This document shows, piece by piece, positions 19,526-28,598 of a stretch of DNA of 64,000 nucleotides; within the stretch, counting starts at the first letter, position 1; every line of letters begins with the position of its first letter. This DNA is from Bryobacterales bacterium. Its GTDB lineage: Bacteria > Acidobacteriota > Terriglobia > Bryobacterales > Bryobacteraceae. The notes below the pieces were generated by a model. That model worked only from the letters and a program-made list of their open reading frames with translations, was not told where the DNA came from and ran no database searches. The stretch is taken from assembly GCA_963738345.1 (NCBI GenBank), contig CAVTWI010000002.1, positions 3,421,860 through 3,485,859 on the forward strand, written 5' to 3'. Made by a program: the position numbers and the translations under genes.

Positions 19526-20785
19526 CTACGCTTTTGCGTGAGGCGTTGCAACGGATGGCGCGGAGATGTCAACGGCGTTCACGGCAACGGCCACGGCGCG
19601 GTCGAAACCCGTCCGCTTCGAAACTCTTACTGCTTCGAGGCCAAGCCATGCGGCCCACGCGGCGAGTTCCACGGCGAGCGCCTGGGCCACGGTGACGGAA
19701 TCTGCGCCGGGTTCGAGGTAAGCGGAGAGCACGCACAGATGGCGCGCGGCGCGATCGGCTTTCAGATCCACGCGCGCCACCAACCGGTCGCCCAGCAGGA
19801 AGGGCAGGACATAGTAACCCCAGCGGCGCCGCGGCTGCGGTACGAAGATCTCCAGGCGATATTCGAATTGAAACAGGCGCTGGGTGCGCGGACGATACCA
19901 GACCACGGGATCGAACAGCGAGAGCAGGCTGGCGGCATTGATGGCGGGCGGCAGGCGCGCCTGCCGATGCAGGTATGCGGGGGTGGTCCACCCTTCCACT
20001 TTCACGGGGCGCAGGTCGCCGGCCTCCACTAGTTCGGCTAAGCGCGGAAGCGCCTCACTTACCGGCATGCGGTAGTAATCAGCCAAGTCCGCAGCGGCGG
20101 CAACACCCAGAGCGCGGGCGGAGAGCCGCAACAATTCACGCTGCGATTCTTCGCGGCCGACAATGCGGGCGTAATGCTGGGGCGGCAGGATACGCTCGGA
20201 AAGATCATAGGAGCGGGCGAAGTTGGGAAGGCGCGCGGCGATGGCCAAGCGTCCATGGCCGAAGTGCAATTCGAGCGTGGCCCTGGGGACGGAATCGAAC
20301 CAGGCGCCGGGAATGGGGCGGGTAGCTACGCCGGTCTGCGCCAGGTCGGCGGCGAGCAAGGGGCCGCGGGTGCGCACTTCGTCGAGGACCCAATCGAGGT
20401 AGCCCGGCGTTTCATCGATGATGTTTTCGACTCCCCAGGGGCGGGCACGATGCACCTCCATGCGGTGGCGAAGCAGCGGCCAGGTTTCCACGGGGACGAT
20501 GGAGGCTTCGTGCGCCCACTGCTCGGTGAACTGGCGGCGCTTGTAGATAAGGTCGTCAAGTTGCTCGCGGCGATAGGGGCCCAAGCGCGAGAAAGGAACC
20601 TGATAGTGAGCAGGGGCCACCACGTTGACGTAGTCAATCTGCAGCAAGCCGAGTTGACGGATGACGCGTGCGAGATCGCGTGGGCCGGCGGAACGCGAGA
20701 GGCGCGGACGGTCGAAGCCCTGGGCCGCTAGGGCGATGCGGCGGGCTTCGCCAATCGACAGATCCGCCAAGGGACCTTTGCGCAC
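19526..20785 (-). CDS. winged-helix DNA glycosylase, YcaQ/AlkZ (DUF1006) family
   Basis: About 419 aa; N-terminus MRKGPLADLSIGEARRIALAAQGFDRPRL is typical of the YcaQ family (from memory); GTG start. Confidence 0.55.
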   Translation of the reverse strand: MRKGPLADLSIGEARRIALAAQGFDRPRLSRSAGPRDLARVIRQLGLLQIDYVNVVAPAHYQVPFSRLGPYRREQLDDLIYKRRQFTEQWAHEASIVPVETWPLLRHRMEVHRARPWGVENIIDETPGYLDWVLDEVRTRGPLLAADLAQTGVATRPIPGAWFDSVPRATLELHFGHGRLAIAARLPNFARSYDLSERILPPQHYARIVGREESQRELLRLSARALGVAAAADLADYYRMPVSEALPRLAELVEAGDLRPVKVEGWTTPAYLHRQARLPPAINAASLLSLFDPVVWYRPRTQRLFQFEYRLEIFVPQPRRRWGYYVLPFLLGDRLVARVDLKADRAARHLCVLSAYLEPGADSVTVAQALAVELAAWAAWLGLEAVRVSKRTGFDRAVAVAVNAVDISAPSVATPHAKA

Positions 20786-20792
20786 CGATCAA

Positions 20793-20835
20793 TTCTATCA
20801 ATGCCTGTTGATCAATGCAGATTGATCAATGCATG
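20793..20835. repeat. three tandem ~14-bp repeats with palindromic TTGATCAA core (TCTATCAATGCC / TTGATCAATGCA / TTGATCAATGCA), immediately upstream of the ycaQ-like start
   Basis: Read directly from caattctatcaatgcctgttgatcaatgcagattgatcaatgcatgg; TAGAAT -10-like hexamer sits between the repeats and the GTG start. Confidence 0.6.
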
Positions 20836-21032
20836 GCAGCGGCGATGATCAGGCAGATGCCGATGGCTGCCGCGCCGGCGAAGATCGCCACGGCCACATT
20901 GCGATGCTCCACCAGTTCGCGCCACAGATTCAGCGGGGTCACCTTCAGCAGGATAGCGACCGCAAGGGCAAAGACAGCTATGCCCAGCGACGCGAAGATC
21001 ACGGCATTGACCAGCGGATGCTCGGTCAGCAT
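20826..21032 (-). CDS. DUF350-like small two-TM membrane protein
   Basis: [33 protein letters not shown]...[23 protein letters not shown]; ATG overlaps the hypB stop (ATGCTGA). Confidence 0.45.
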   Translation of the reverse strand: MLTEHPLVNAVIFASLGIAVFALAVAILLKVTPLNLWRELVEHRNVAVAIFAGAAAIGICLIIAAAMH

Positions 21033-21694
21033 GCGGCCGCCGGGACACCCTTGGCGTCGAGCCACTGGCGCCACAGATCCATGCCCGCGCCGGTGGTGCA
21101 CGAGACTTCCAGGATTGCAGCATCCGGCTGGATGCGGTGGATGTATTCGCGCGCCAGTTCCATCCTGAACGGGCACGTAAGGCAGCAGGTCGATTTTACT
21201 GAGCACCACCAGGTCGGCGCGGTTGAAGGTGGCCGGATACTTCAGGGGCTTGTCTTCACCCTCGGTCACGCTTAGGAGCGACGACGCGCGCTTCTTCGCC
21301 AAGATCGTAACTGGTGGGGCAGACCAAGTTGCCGACGTTCTCGATCAGCAGCAGATCGATGTCTTCGGGCCGCCATTCGGAGAGGGCGCTGGTGACCATG
21401 CGGGCGTCCAGATGGCAGGCGCCGCCGGTGGTGATCTGGCGGACGGGGAAGCCGTAGCGCGCGAGGCGCTGGGCATCGTTATCGGTTTGGATATCGCCGG
21501 TGAGCACGGCCACGCGCCGGCCGGGCTCGAAGGACGGCTAGGGTGCGCTCCAGCAGCATGGTTTTGCCGGAACCGGGCGAACTGATCAGGTTCACGCACC
21601 AGGTTCCATGGCGCAGCGAAAACCTCGGCGCAGATCCGGCGGCGAGGCGGTCGTTTTCATTCAGGACTTTGCGTTCGAGGGGCACGCGAGTCAT
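21026..21694 (-). pseudogene. hypB: hypB (hydrogenase nickel-incorporation GTPase) spread over three reading frames, at least three frameshifts
   Basis: Frame a: MTRVPLERKV...NLISSPGSGKTMLLERTLAVLRA (P-loop). Frame b: VAVLTGDIQTDNDAQRLARYGFPVRQITTGGACHLDARMV...[17 protein letters not shown]. Frame c: [36 protein letters not shown]. Frame a again: [38 protein letters not shown]. Confidence 0.7.
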
Positions 21695-22036
21695 GTTTCT
21701 TCGATCTCCATGTAGGCGAATTCCAGTTCCTTGCCGCTGGCGATTTCGGTATCCGGCGGAGCCGCATTGGGGGCACTCGGTGCGATAGTCTTGGACGGCG
21801 AAATCGTGGGCGCAATGGCGGCAGCGGTTGCGCCAGGGGAGGTGCTCGATTTGTAAGGCGAGGGGGGCGAGGTCGGTATCCTGTACCAGAGCGTCGAAGC
21901 AGAAGCGGAGCGATTCGGAATCGACGCCGGAGAGTTCGCCGATTTTCACGCCTACGGCGAGGACGTGGGCGTGGTGGCGTTCGGATTCGGCGCGGACGGC
22001 TTCTAACATCGATCCGGCGATGCTCATTTCGTGCAT
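21691..22036 (-). pseudogene. hypA: hypA (hydrogenase maturation Ni-metallochaperone) with one frameshift after the CPQCGS zinc-ribbon
   Basis: MHEMSIAGSMLEAVRAESERHHAHVLAVGVKIGELSGVDSESLRFCFDALV...CRHC...CPQCGS then the +1 frame gives DTEIASGKELEFAYMEIEET*; stop overlaps the hypB ATG (ATGA). Confidence 0.65.
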
Positions 22037-22408
22037 GGTGAGGCGCTTCTCCGATGATAGCGTGGGGGGAGGCGGGCGCGGCTGGGTGGGCTGGAGGCGT
22101 TGTGTGTTTTGCGCAGGCGGCGGGGGCGCGCCGCAACCACAGAAAGGCCTCCGCCCGTGGGACGGCCGCAAGCTCCGGTGCTCGGTCAGCGCGTTAAGGA
22201 ACTGCGGAGGCTTTCCCGATGTGTTTGCCAACTTCGAACTCTCGTCTGCGGGCATGGTGCAGGATTTTGGAAGAGCCACAGAGGCGACGAATTCTTCGGA
22301 GAGTTGCGAGCGGCTACTTCACAGTTCGGCATTATGAGATACTCATAGGCCTTAGGTTAGGCGCATAAGGTGGCTGCTCGCGCCGATGCGAGAACGGGGG
22401 AATAAGCG

Positions 22409-22780
22409 ATGAACATTCTGTTGTGGGTCCTGCAGATCCTCGCCGCGCTCGTGTATGGAGCGTCGGGTGTGATGAAAGTCTTCATGTTCGACAAAATAAG
22501 CGGGGAGGATCCGTCCTTTGGCGCGTTGCCGCGGCAGGCATGGACGGCGCTCGGCATCCTCGAACTCGTCTGCGTGGTGGGGCTGACCGTACCCGCCGCC
22601 ATCCACTGGCAGCCGGCGCTTACGGGGGTGGCCGCCGCGGTCCTGGCGATCGAGAGCCTGGTGTTCATCTGGGTGCACACCAAGTACCCCGGGATCGCGC
22701 CAGTAATCTTAAGCGCCGTGCTGGGCCTGCTTATGGCATTTACTGCGTACGGCCGCCTGGTCCTTAAGCCGATTTTGTGA
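22409..22780 (+). CDS. DoxX family membrane protein
   Basis: MNILLWVLQILAALVYGASGVMKVF...; four hydrophobic helices, DoxX-like. Confidence 0.65.
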   Translation: MNILLWVLQILAALVYGASGVMKVFMFDKISGEDPSFGALPRQAWTALGILELVCVVGLTVPAAIHWQPALTGVAAAVLAIESLVFIWVHTKYPGIAPVILSAVLGLLMAFTAYGRLVLKPIL

Positions 22781-22892
22781 GTTAGGCGGCCAACGCGATT
22801 GAGCCGCAATTGTTCTAAAGCGAGAAAAACAAAACGAATACATACGGCGCAAGCGGTTTAGTTCGTATAGCTTTTTCACGTATAATCGACCA

Positions 22893-24593
22893 ATGCGCAT
22901 TCGTTTGTTTGCCTATTTTGCTTGCATTTCCGCTTTTGTGACGGTTGCCGGATGCACGCGGAAGGTCGCGCCGGTCCCGTCGTCTGAGGCCGTGATGTGG
23001 AGCGAAAACGGCTGGTCGGCGGCGGAGAGGGCCGAGTTCCACCATCTGCCGGAGGGCAGCGAACTGATGCCCTACGCGTTGCTGCACAACGTGGTGAGCG
23101 TAAAGACGGGCAAGCCGTTCTTAGAAAATATGGAGCGGTTCGGGTTCATTCCGGACGCGGCCAGTGCGACGAATCCGCGCGGGCTGCCGGTTGGTTTGAC
23201 GACGGTTCACTCGCGGGACAAAAGCCATGCCGGGCTGGAAATTGTTGGATTTAATTGTGCGGCCTGCCATGTGGGCGAAGTCACGCATCAGGGAAAGAGG
23301 CTGCTGATCGATGGGGCTCCGTCGCTGGTGAATTTACAGGGTTATCAAGTGGAATTCAAGGACTCGCTGGATGCGGCACTGCGAGATCCGGTGAAAGCGG
23401 CGGCGCTCGGGATCGCGGTGCTGCGGGACACCCCGGAGGCCGGGGCGACACCGGCGGCTGACGCGTCGAGTTACGCGTCCGATCCGGCGGTGAAAGCCGC
23501 GGCAGAGGTGGCACCGGCGCGGACGGCGGACACGAGTTTTCACAGCGTGCCGTCGGAAACCGCGGACCATACAGCAGGTGGGACGGCGCTACAGGGCGAC
23601 ACATTCGCCGCGCGGTGGCATCGGGCGCTGGCGCTGGCGAAGGCCAGACTCGCGTTTTTGAAAAACGGCCGGCTGCTGACGGATGGCACGGAACCGGGTC
23701 CGGGACGGATTGACGCCTTTGGCGCGGCGCGCAATTTACTGTTCCCGAAGGATGCGGTACGGATGCAATCGCCGGTCAGTTTTCCGTTCATTTGGGACGT
23801 GCCGGACACGACGCAGCAACGCTCGGGCGCCGATGCGGTTTGGATCCACTACGACGGCAACACGAATTCGATTCTGGAGCGGAACATCGGACAGGCGCTG
23901 GGAATGGGTGCGGTATTCGATCCGAAGACTTACGAATCAACTTTGCGGATCGGCAATTTGCACCGGTTGGAAGTGCTGACGCATAAGTTGCAGGCGCCGA
24001 AATGGCCGGTGGATTTACTGGGACCCATCGACCAGGCGAAAGCGGCGGCGGGGGCTAAGGTCTTTAACGAGACCTGCCGTGATTGCCATCAGAACCGGTT
24101 GTATGCGCTGACTGACGTAGGGACGGATCCGCTGCGAGCCAACAGTTTTGGGCGGGTGATCACGGGGGGGGTGCCGTTTCCAGATGCGGTGAAACCGATT
24201 CTGGACGGGTTGAAGGCGCGGGCTTTCGCGGACGACGGAATTTCGGCGGCCGATCAGGCGAGCATGGACGCTAATCCGGTGATCTGGCGGGCGCCGGGGC
24301 AGTATCTGGCGCGGCCGTTGACGGGGGTGTGGGCGACGGCGCCGTATTTGCATAACGGATCGGTGCCGACGTTGTGGCATTTGCTGCATCCGGCGCAGAG
24401 GCCGGTAAGTTTCGTGGTGGGGAATCGGGAGTACGATGCGGCGAAGGTGGGATATGCCACGGACGGTAGCGGGTGGACGTTCGACACGACGCAGGCGGGG
24501 AACAGCAATATCGGGCATGCGGGCGATCGATATGGAACGAATTTGAGTGAGGATCGGAAGGCGGCGTTGTTGGAGTATTTGAAGACGATGTAG
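22893..24593 (+). CDS. di-heme c-type cytochrome lipoprotein (two CxxCH motifs), possibly peroxidase/thiol-oxidoreductase-like
   Basis: Lipoprotein signal ...VTVAGC; heme motifs FNCAACHVGE and NETCRDCHQN; TATAAT 10 nt upstream of the ATG. Confidence 0.55.
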   Translation: MRIRLFAYFACISAFVTVAGCTRKVAPVPSSEAVMWSENGWSAAERAEFHHLPEGSELMPYALLHNVVSVKTGKPFLENMERFGFIPDAASATNPRGLPVGLTTVHSRDKSHAGLEIVGFNCAACHVGEVTHQGKRLLIDGAPSLVNLQGYQVEFKDSLDAALRDPVKAAALGIAVLRDTPEAGATPAADASSYASDPAVKAAAEVAPARTADTSFHSVPSETADHTAGGTALQGDTFAARWHRALALAKARLAFLKNGRLLTDGTEPGPGRIDAFGAARNLLFPKDAVRMQSPVSFPFIWDVPDTTQQRSGADAVWIHYDGNTNSILERNIGQALGMGAVFDPKTYESTLRIGNLHRLEVLTHKLQAPKWPVDLLGPIDQAKAAAGAKVFNETCRDCHQNRLYALTDVGTDPLRANSFGRVITGGVPFPDAVKPILDGLKARAFADDGISAADQASMDANPVIWRAPGQYLARPLTGVWATAPYLHNGSVPTLWHLLHPAQRPVSFVVGNREYDAAKVGYATDGSGWTFDTTQAGNSNIGHAGDRYGTNLSEDRKAALLEYLKTM

Positions 24594-24607
24594 GGCGGCG
24601 CTTGGCG

Positions 24608-25732
24608 CTATTTCACGGTGATTTCGCCTAGGCCAATGGCCTTCGTCGTTTGCCCTACGCCGAAGACTTGATTGAGTCCAGGCGAAGCGTTCGCCGGGAT
24701 CGTGATCGTCAGAGTGCTGGTGCCTCGGCCGCCCGCTGTCGCCGTACCGAGTAACTGGCGGGGGTTGTTCCAATAAAGGTCAACCGTTTCCCCGGCACCG
24801 AACCCAAGGCCGTATGCCACGGTTGTGCCGCCGGGCGGCGCCGATGCAGGGCTCATGGCGAGGGCAGGCGTTACAGAGAGGGTCGCCACTCCGAGTTTGT
24901 GACTGCTCACCCCTACGGCGTACACGTCCATGGGACCGTAAGGCTGCTGCGGTTCTTGGGCCACGGCCGAGAAGGAACCGTTGGCATCAGTCGTGGCCGT
25001 GCCGAGTAGCGGGGGCGCGCCGATGTGACCGCCGTAGAGTTCGATGGACTCGGTAGGCGCAAATCCACTGCCCGTTAGAGTGACTTTGGTTCCGGGCGAC
25101 CCGGTGGCTTGACTGAGACTCAGGGATGCGGCGGGCCAGACCTGCAGTGTGAAGGATCCGTAGTAATCCGGCTCATTTCCAGGTGAGAAGACAAAGGCTT
25201 GGCACACGTCGCCGGGCGGGGTCGCAGGGGAGTTCCAATCGTAGCCGGCAAGCACGACGACGATGCCGCCGGAACTGTATGCGGCGCTGCCGGAACCCGC
25301 AACGGGGGCGCCTTGCAGCGTTAACGTGGAGCGTAAGTTTGGTAGAAAGTATGCGGTGTTGGTCGGGCCGAATACCGAGATGCCTGGGATAGAATTGTTG
25401 CCGTCGAAAAACAGGTTCAGGCCGTTGAAACCGGTTATGAGACCGGGACCGGGCTGGCCGAAGATGTACAACTTGTAGGTGTTGCCCGCTTCCAGTTGTA
25501 ATGCGATACCAGCTTGGGCGTCGGCGGGACCGTTGACGGGCGAGGTGGCATCGGGAGACAGTGCCAGCCACAGGTTGTAATAGGAGTCGCCACCAAAGGT
25601 ATTCCATAACAAGCCTCCGTAGGCAGCGCCTGTGGAATTGGCGGAGAATTGAATTGCTCCGGTCAGCGTGGTCTGCGGATACGCCGAGAGAGGCAGCATC
25701 AGCAATACCATGAGTCTTAGAGTTGGCTTCAT
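24608..25732 (-). CDS. secreted hypothetical protein with C-terminal IPT/TIG-like Ig domains
   Basis: Signal peptide MKPTLRLMVLLMLPLSAYPQ; Gly/Thr-rich beta-strand repeats (GTKVTLTGSGF, GLNQVFGVGQT). Confidence 0.5.
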   Translation of the reverse strand: MKPTLRLMVLLMLPLSAYPQTTLTGAIQFSANSTGAAYGGLLWNTFGGDSYYNLWLALSPDATSPVNGPADAQAGIALQLEAGNTYKLYIFGQPGPGLITGFNGLNLFFDGNNSIPGISVFGPTNTAYFLPNLRSTLTLQGAPVAGSGSAAYSSGGIVVVLAGYDWNSPATPPGDVCQAFVFSPGNEPDYYGSFTLQVWPAASLSLSQATGSPGTKVTLTGSGFAPTESIELYGGHIGAPPLLGTATTDANGSFSAVAQEPQQPYGPMDVYAVGVSSHKLGVATLSVTPALAMSPASAPPGGTTVAYGLGFGAGETVDLYWNNPRQLLGTATAGGRGTSTLTITIPANASPGLNQVFGVGQTTKAIGLGEITVK

Positions 25733-25917
25733 AACTGACTAGTGATCGACTTTACTCCCGTTAGATGCAGGGCGTCAAGGCCGATCGCGGCGTCGCTGGT
25801 GTTCGATTTGGGACAGCGTTTTTCGATTGGGGACAAAACTGGGAGTTGAATGGTTGAGGGGGGCATGCGCCGATGCGCCGGGCCGCTTCGTCGCGAGTGG
25901 GGTAGACGGCCATCGGC

Positions 25918-26724
25918 GTGCAGATAAGGCGGCCCGAGGGGGTGTCTGTGTTCAAGCGAATTCTTGTAATCCTGCCGGCGATTTGGCTGGCGACGGGCGT
26001 GATGGGTGCGGCGGATAGTCCGTTCATCGGCGAGTGGAAGCTCGACTCGTCGAAGAGCAGAATGCCCGATGAGATGAAGGTTCAAAATAAGGGCGGGAAC
26101 CGGTATGCGTTCGATTTTGGCGGGGGGGCCGAGGAGATCGTAGTAGATGGGACCGATCAACCGGGCAACGGCGGGACTCTGCTGTCAGTGAAGCCTGAGG
26201 CACCCGACACTTGGATCGTCGAGCGCAAGAAAGATGGACGTTTGATGCTGAAGGCGACGTGGAAGCTTTCAAAGGACGGCAAGACGCTGACGGATTATTA
26301 CAGGGAGTTTGAGTCCGACGGTTCGACGGTCAGCATGGATTACGTGTACGAGTGCACGGGCGAAGCATCGGGCTTCGCGGCGGACTGGCAGAGCGTTAAG
26401 GAGACGATAAACTCGCCCTTCTTGCTGGAGGTGAAGGCGTTTGAGATCGACGGGCTTTCTTTCATCAGGCAATCGGGGAAAGAGACGAAGAACGTGAAAT
26501 TTGACGGGAAGGAATATCCGCACGAGGGGCCGAACGCTCGTCGTGGCGCTTCATCGTCGGCCCGGCGGGTAGACGAGCGCAGGCTGGTGATCACGGACAA
26601 GGCCGACGGCAAGGTGACGGACACCGAGGAGGTTGAGCTCTCAGCCGATCTGAAGACGTTGACGATCACGGTGCATGTGACGGGCAGCGACAAGCCGATT
26701 GTGATGGCGTTCGACCGGAAGTAG
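25918..26724 (+). CDS. hypothetical secreted protein (start probably GTG ~25942-25948)
   Basis: Signal-like VFKRILVILPAIWLATGVMGAADSP; no recognisable catalytic motif. Confidence 0.45.
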   Translation: MQIRRPEGVSVFKRILVILPAIWLATGVMGAADSPFIGEWKLDSSKSRMPDEMKVQNKGGNRYAFDFGGGAEEIVVDGTDQPGNGGTLLSVKPEAPDTWIVERKKDGRLMLKATWKLSKDGKTLTDYYREFESDGSTVSMDYVYECTGEASGFAADWQSVKETINSPFLLEVKAFEIDGLSFIRQSGKETKNVKFDGKEYPHEGPNARRGASSSARRVDERRLVITDKADGKVTDTEEVELSADLKTLTITVHVTGSDKPIVMAFDRK

Positions 26725-27198
26725 TTGGACAAATACGTGAATCGGCATGGCGACACTGTGAGCCGCGGTCTTCGTTATTGATCCTGCGGTTCGAATTACG
26801 GAAGCCGAACTCGTCCGCGATATTCACGCCGTGCTGGCAAAGGTTGAGGAGGGAGTTGAGGTAATCGTGGAGCGGGAGCATCGCGCCGTGGCTGTTATTA
26901 AGACGCCGACGGGGCCGGGCCGGAAAACCAGCGAGTGCATCGCTATGGCGAGTACCTCAATACGGTTTTCGCGGCGATCCCTAGTGAACCGTTTACAGGG
27001 AAATGGCTCAGCTTGCGGCGAAAGTTGATGCCGCGCGGCTGGAGCCTCGGTAGCACGATGCCGCCCTTCATTTCGGCTATGCGGCCGGCTCCCAGAACCT
27101 GCGACACTTCCAGATGACTCTGACGCGTGCCGAGAACCGGGGCCGCGCCAGCCGTTATGATGATGTACATGCTCAATCACCAACCGGGTGCGGCCGTC

Positions 27199-28151
27199 AT
27201 GAAAGATCCGCTGACGTGGTTGTACCCTCCTATCGAGCCCTACAATACGGGACGCCTGCAGGTGTCGCCGGTTCACGAGATTTACTTTGAGGAAAGCGGC
27301 AACCCGGCGGGCAAGCCGGTGGTTTTCCTGCACGGGGGGCCGGGCGGCGGCTCGGATCCGAAGCAGCGGCGTTTCTTCCACCCTGGCAAGTATCGCATCG
27401 TAAATTTCGATCAGCGCGGCTGCGGCAAGAGCACGCCTTACGCATCGCTCGAAGCCAATACGACTTGGGATCTGGTCGCCGATATCGAGAAGCTACGGGG
27501 GCACCTCGGCATTCAGCGGTGGCAGGTGTTCGGCGGGTCGTGGGGGTCCACACTGGCACTGGCTTACGCGCAGACGCATCCCGAGCGCGCGACCGAACTG
27601 GTCTTACGCGGCATCTTTTTAATACGCAAACAGGAAATCGATTGGTTCTATCAGCGGGGCGCTTCGATTTTATATCCGGACGCGTGGGAGCCTTATCTGG
27701 CGCACATTCCGGAAGGCGAACGCGGCGATTTGCTTTCTGCTTACCACCGGCGGCTGACGAGCGACGATCCGGCGGTGCGACTGGCGGCGGCGAAGATCTG
27801 GAGCGGGTGGAGGGGGCCACGTCGAAATTGTTGCCCGACGCGGACTTTACCAGCCATTACGAGGAGGACGAATTCGCTTTGGCGTTCGCGCGGATTGAGT
27901 CGCACTACTTCGTGAACAAAGCGTTCATGGAGACGGACGACCAGTTGTTGGTGAATGCCGAGCGCATCCGGCATATTCCCGGAGTGATCGTGCAGGGCCG
28001 TTATGATGTGGTGTGTCCGATGGAGAGCGCCTGGGCACTGCACCGGGCGTGGCCGGAGGCTGACCTCATTATCACTCCGGATAGCGGGCACAGTGCGTTC
28101 GAAGCGCCTAATAGCCGCGCGCTGGTGGCGGCGACGGATCGGTTCGCGTAG
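27199..28151 (+). CDS. pip: proline iminopeptidase (S33 alpha/beta hydrolase), split by a 1-nt frameshift near ~27800 in a G-run
   Basis: N-terminus MKDPLTWLYPPIEPYNTGRLQVSPVHEIYFEESGNP...GGSWGSTLALAYAQTHPE (nucleophile GGSWGS). Frame 2 continues EGATSKLLPDADF...HIPGVIVQGRYDVVCPMESAWALHRAWPEADLIITPDSGHSAFE. Junction sequence gggtggagggggcc. Confidence 0.7.
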
Positions 28152-28154
28152 AGA

Positions 28155-28598
28155 TCATTCGACGGGCGTGCCGTAAGGCGTCAGCACTCTCACGCCTTCG
28201 GTATTTTCTTGGCGGGCGATGCGCCATCCGGCGGGCGACTGTTGTAGGAAATACATCTGGGCTTCGTTGCGGTCACTGTAAACATACTCGACGCGTAAGC
28301 GGACCTCCCCTTCGGCAACGGTCTGAGGCTCCTGGATGGCGACGCCCTTCACCGAACCGTTAAAGCGGCGAATATAGTCGGCCAGGGATGCATCGCCTTT
28401 CTCTTTCACGATCTGGCGGAGCGAGCTTTCCATCGGGCCGGTGAAGCATGCCAAGTATGTGCCGACATCACCGTCGCGGGCCGCATCCATCATGGCGTAG
28501 ACGGTATCCTGCGGCGTCTTTGGCGCGCTGGAGCGAAGGATTGCGGGAGGGCGCCAGGCACCGCGTTTGGCGGCAACCAGGGTGAGGGCGCCGGCCAA
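28155..28598 (-). CDS. small hypothetical protein (NTF2-like fold?), last gene of the ATPase/SPFH array; true start probably internal (MMDAARDGD...)
   Basis: ORF overlaps the 3' end of the hflK-like gene if the full ORF is used. Confidence 0.35.
   Translation of the reverse strand: MAGALTLVAAKRGAWRPPAILRSSAPKTPQDTVYAMMDAARDGDVGTYLACFTGPMESSLRQIVKEKGDASLADYIRRFNGSVKGVAIQEPQTVAEGEVRLRVEYVYSDRNEAQMYFLQQSPAGWRIARQENTEGVRVLTPYGTPVE

Noticed and set aside
21479-22279. Single 266-aa fusion ORF spanning hypA and the hypB N-terminus with a ~80-aa N-terminal extension (MALPKSCTMPADESS...).
   Set aside because: The extension is Pro/Gln-rich with no HypA homology. The real HypA start (MHEMS) has its own upstream GGAG, and the C-terminal HypA residues are found in the +1 frame. 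It is interpreted as frameshift read-through rather than a fusion protein.
22352-22809. Two minus-strand ORFs (108 and 150 aa) overlapping the DoxX gene.
   Set aside because: Antisense to a clean 4-TM DoxX ORF with a proper RBS; translations lack any motif.
24594-24607. GCGC-TTG-GCGC mini-hairpin between the convergent cytochrome and Ig-like genes.
   Set aside because: The 4-bp stem is too short to call an intrinsic terminator with confidence.
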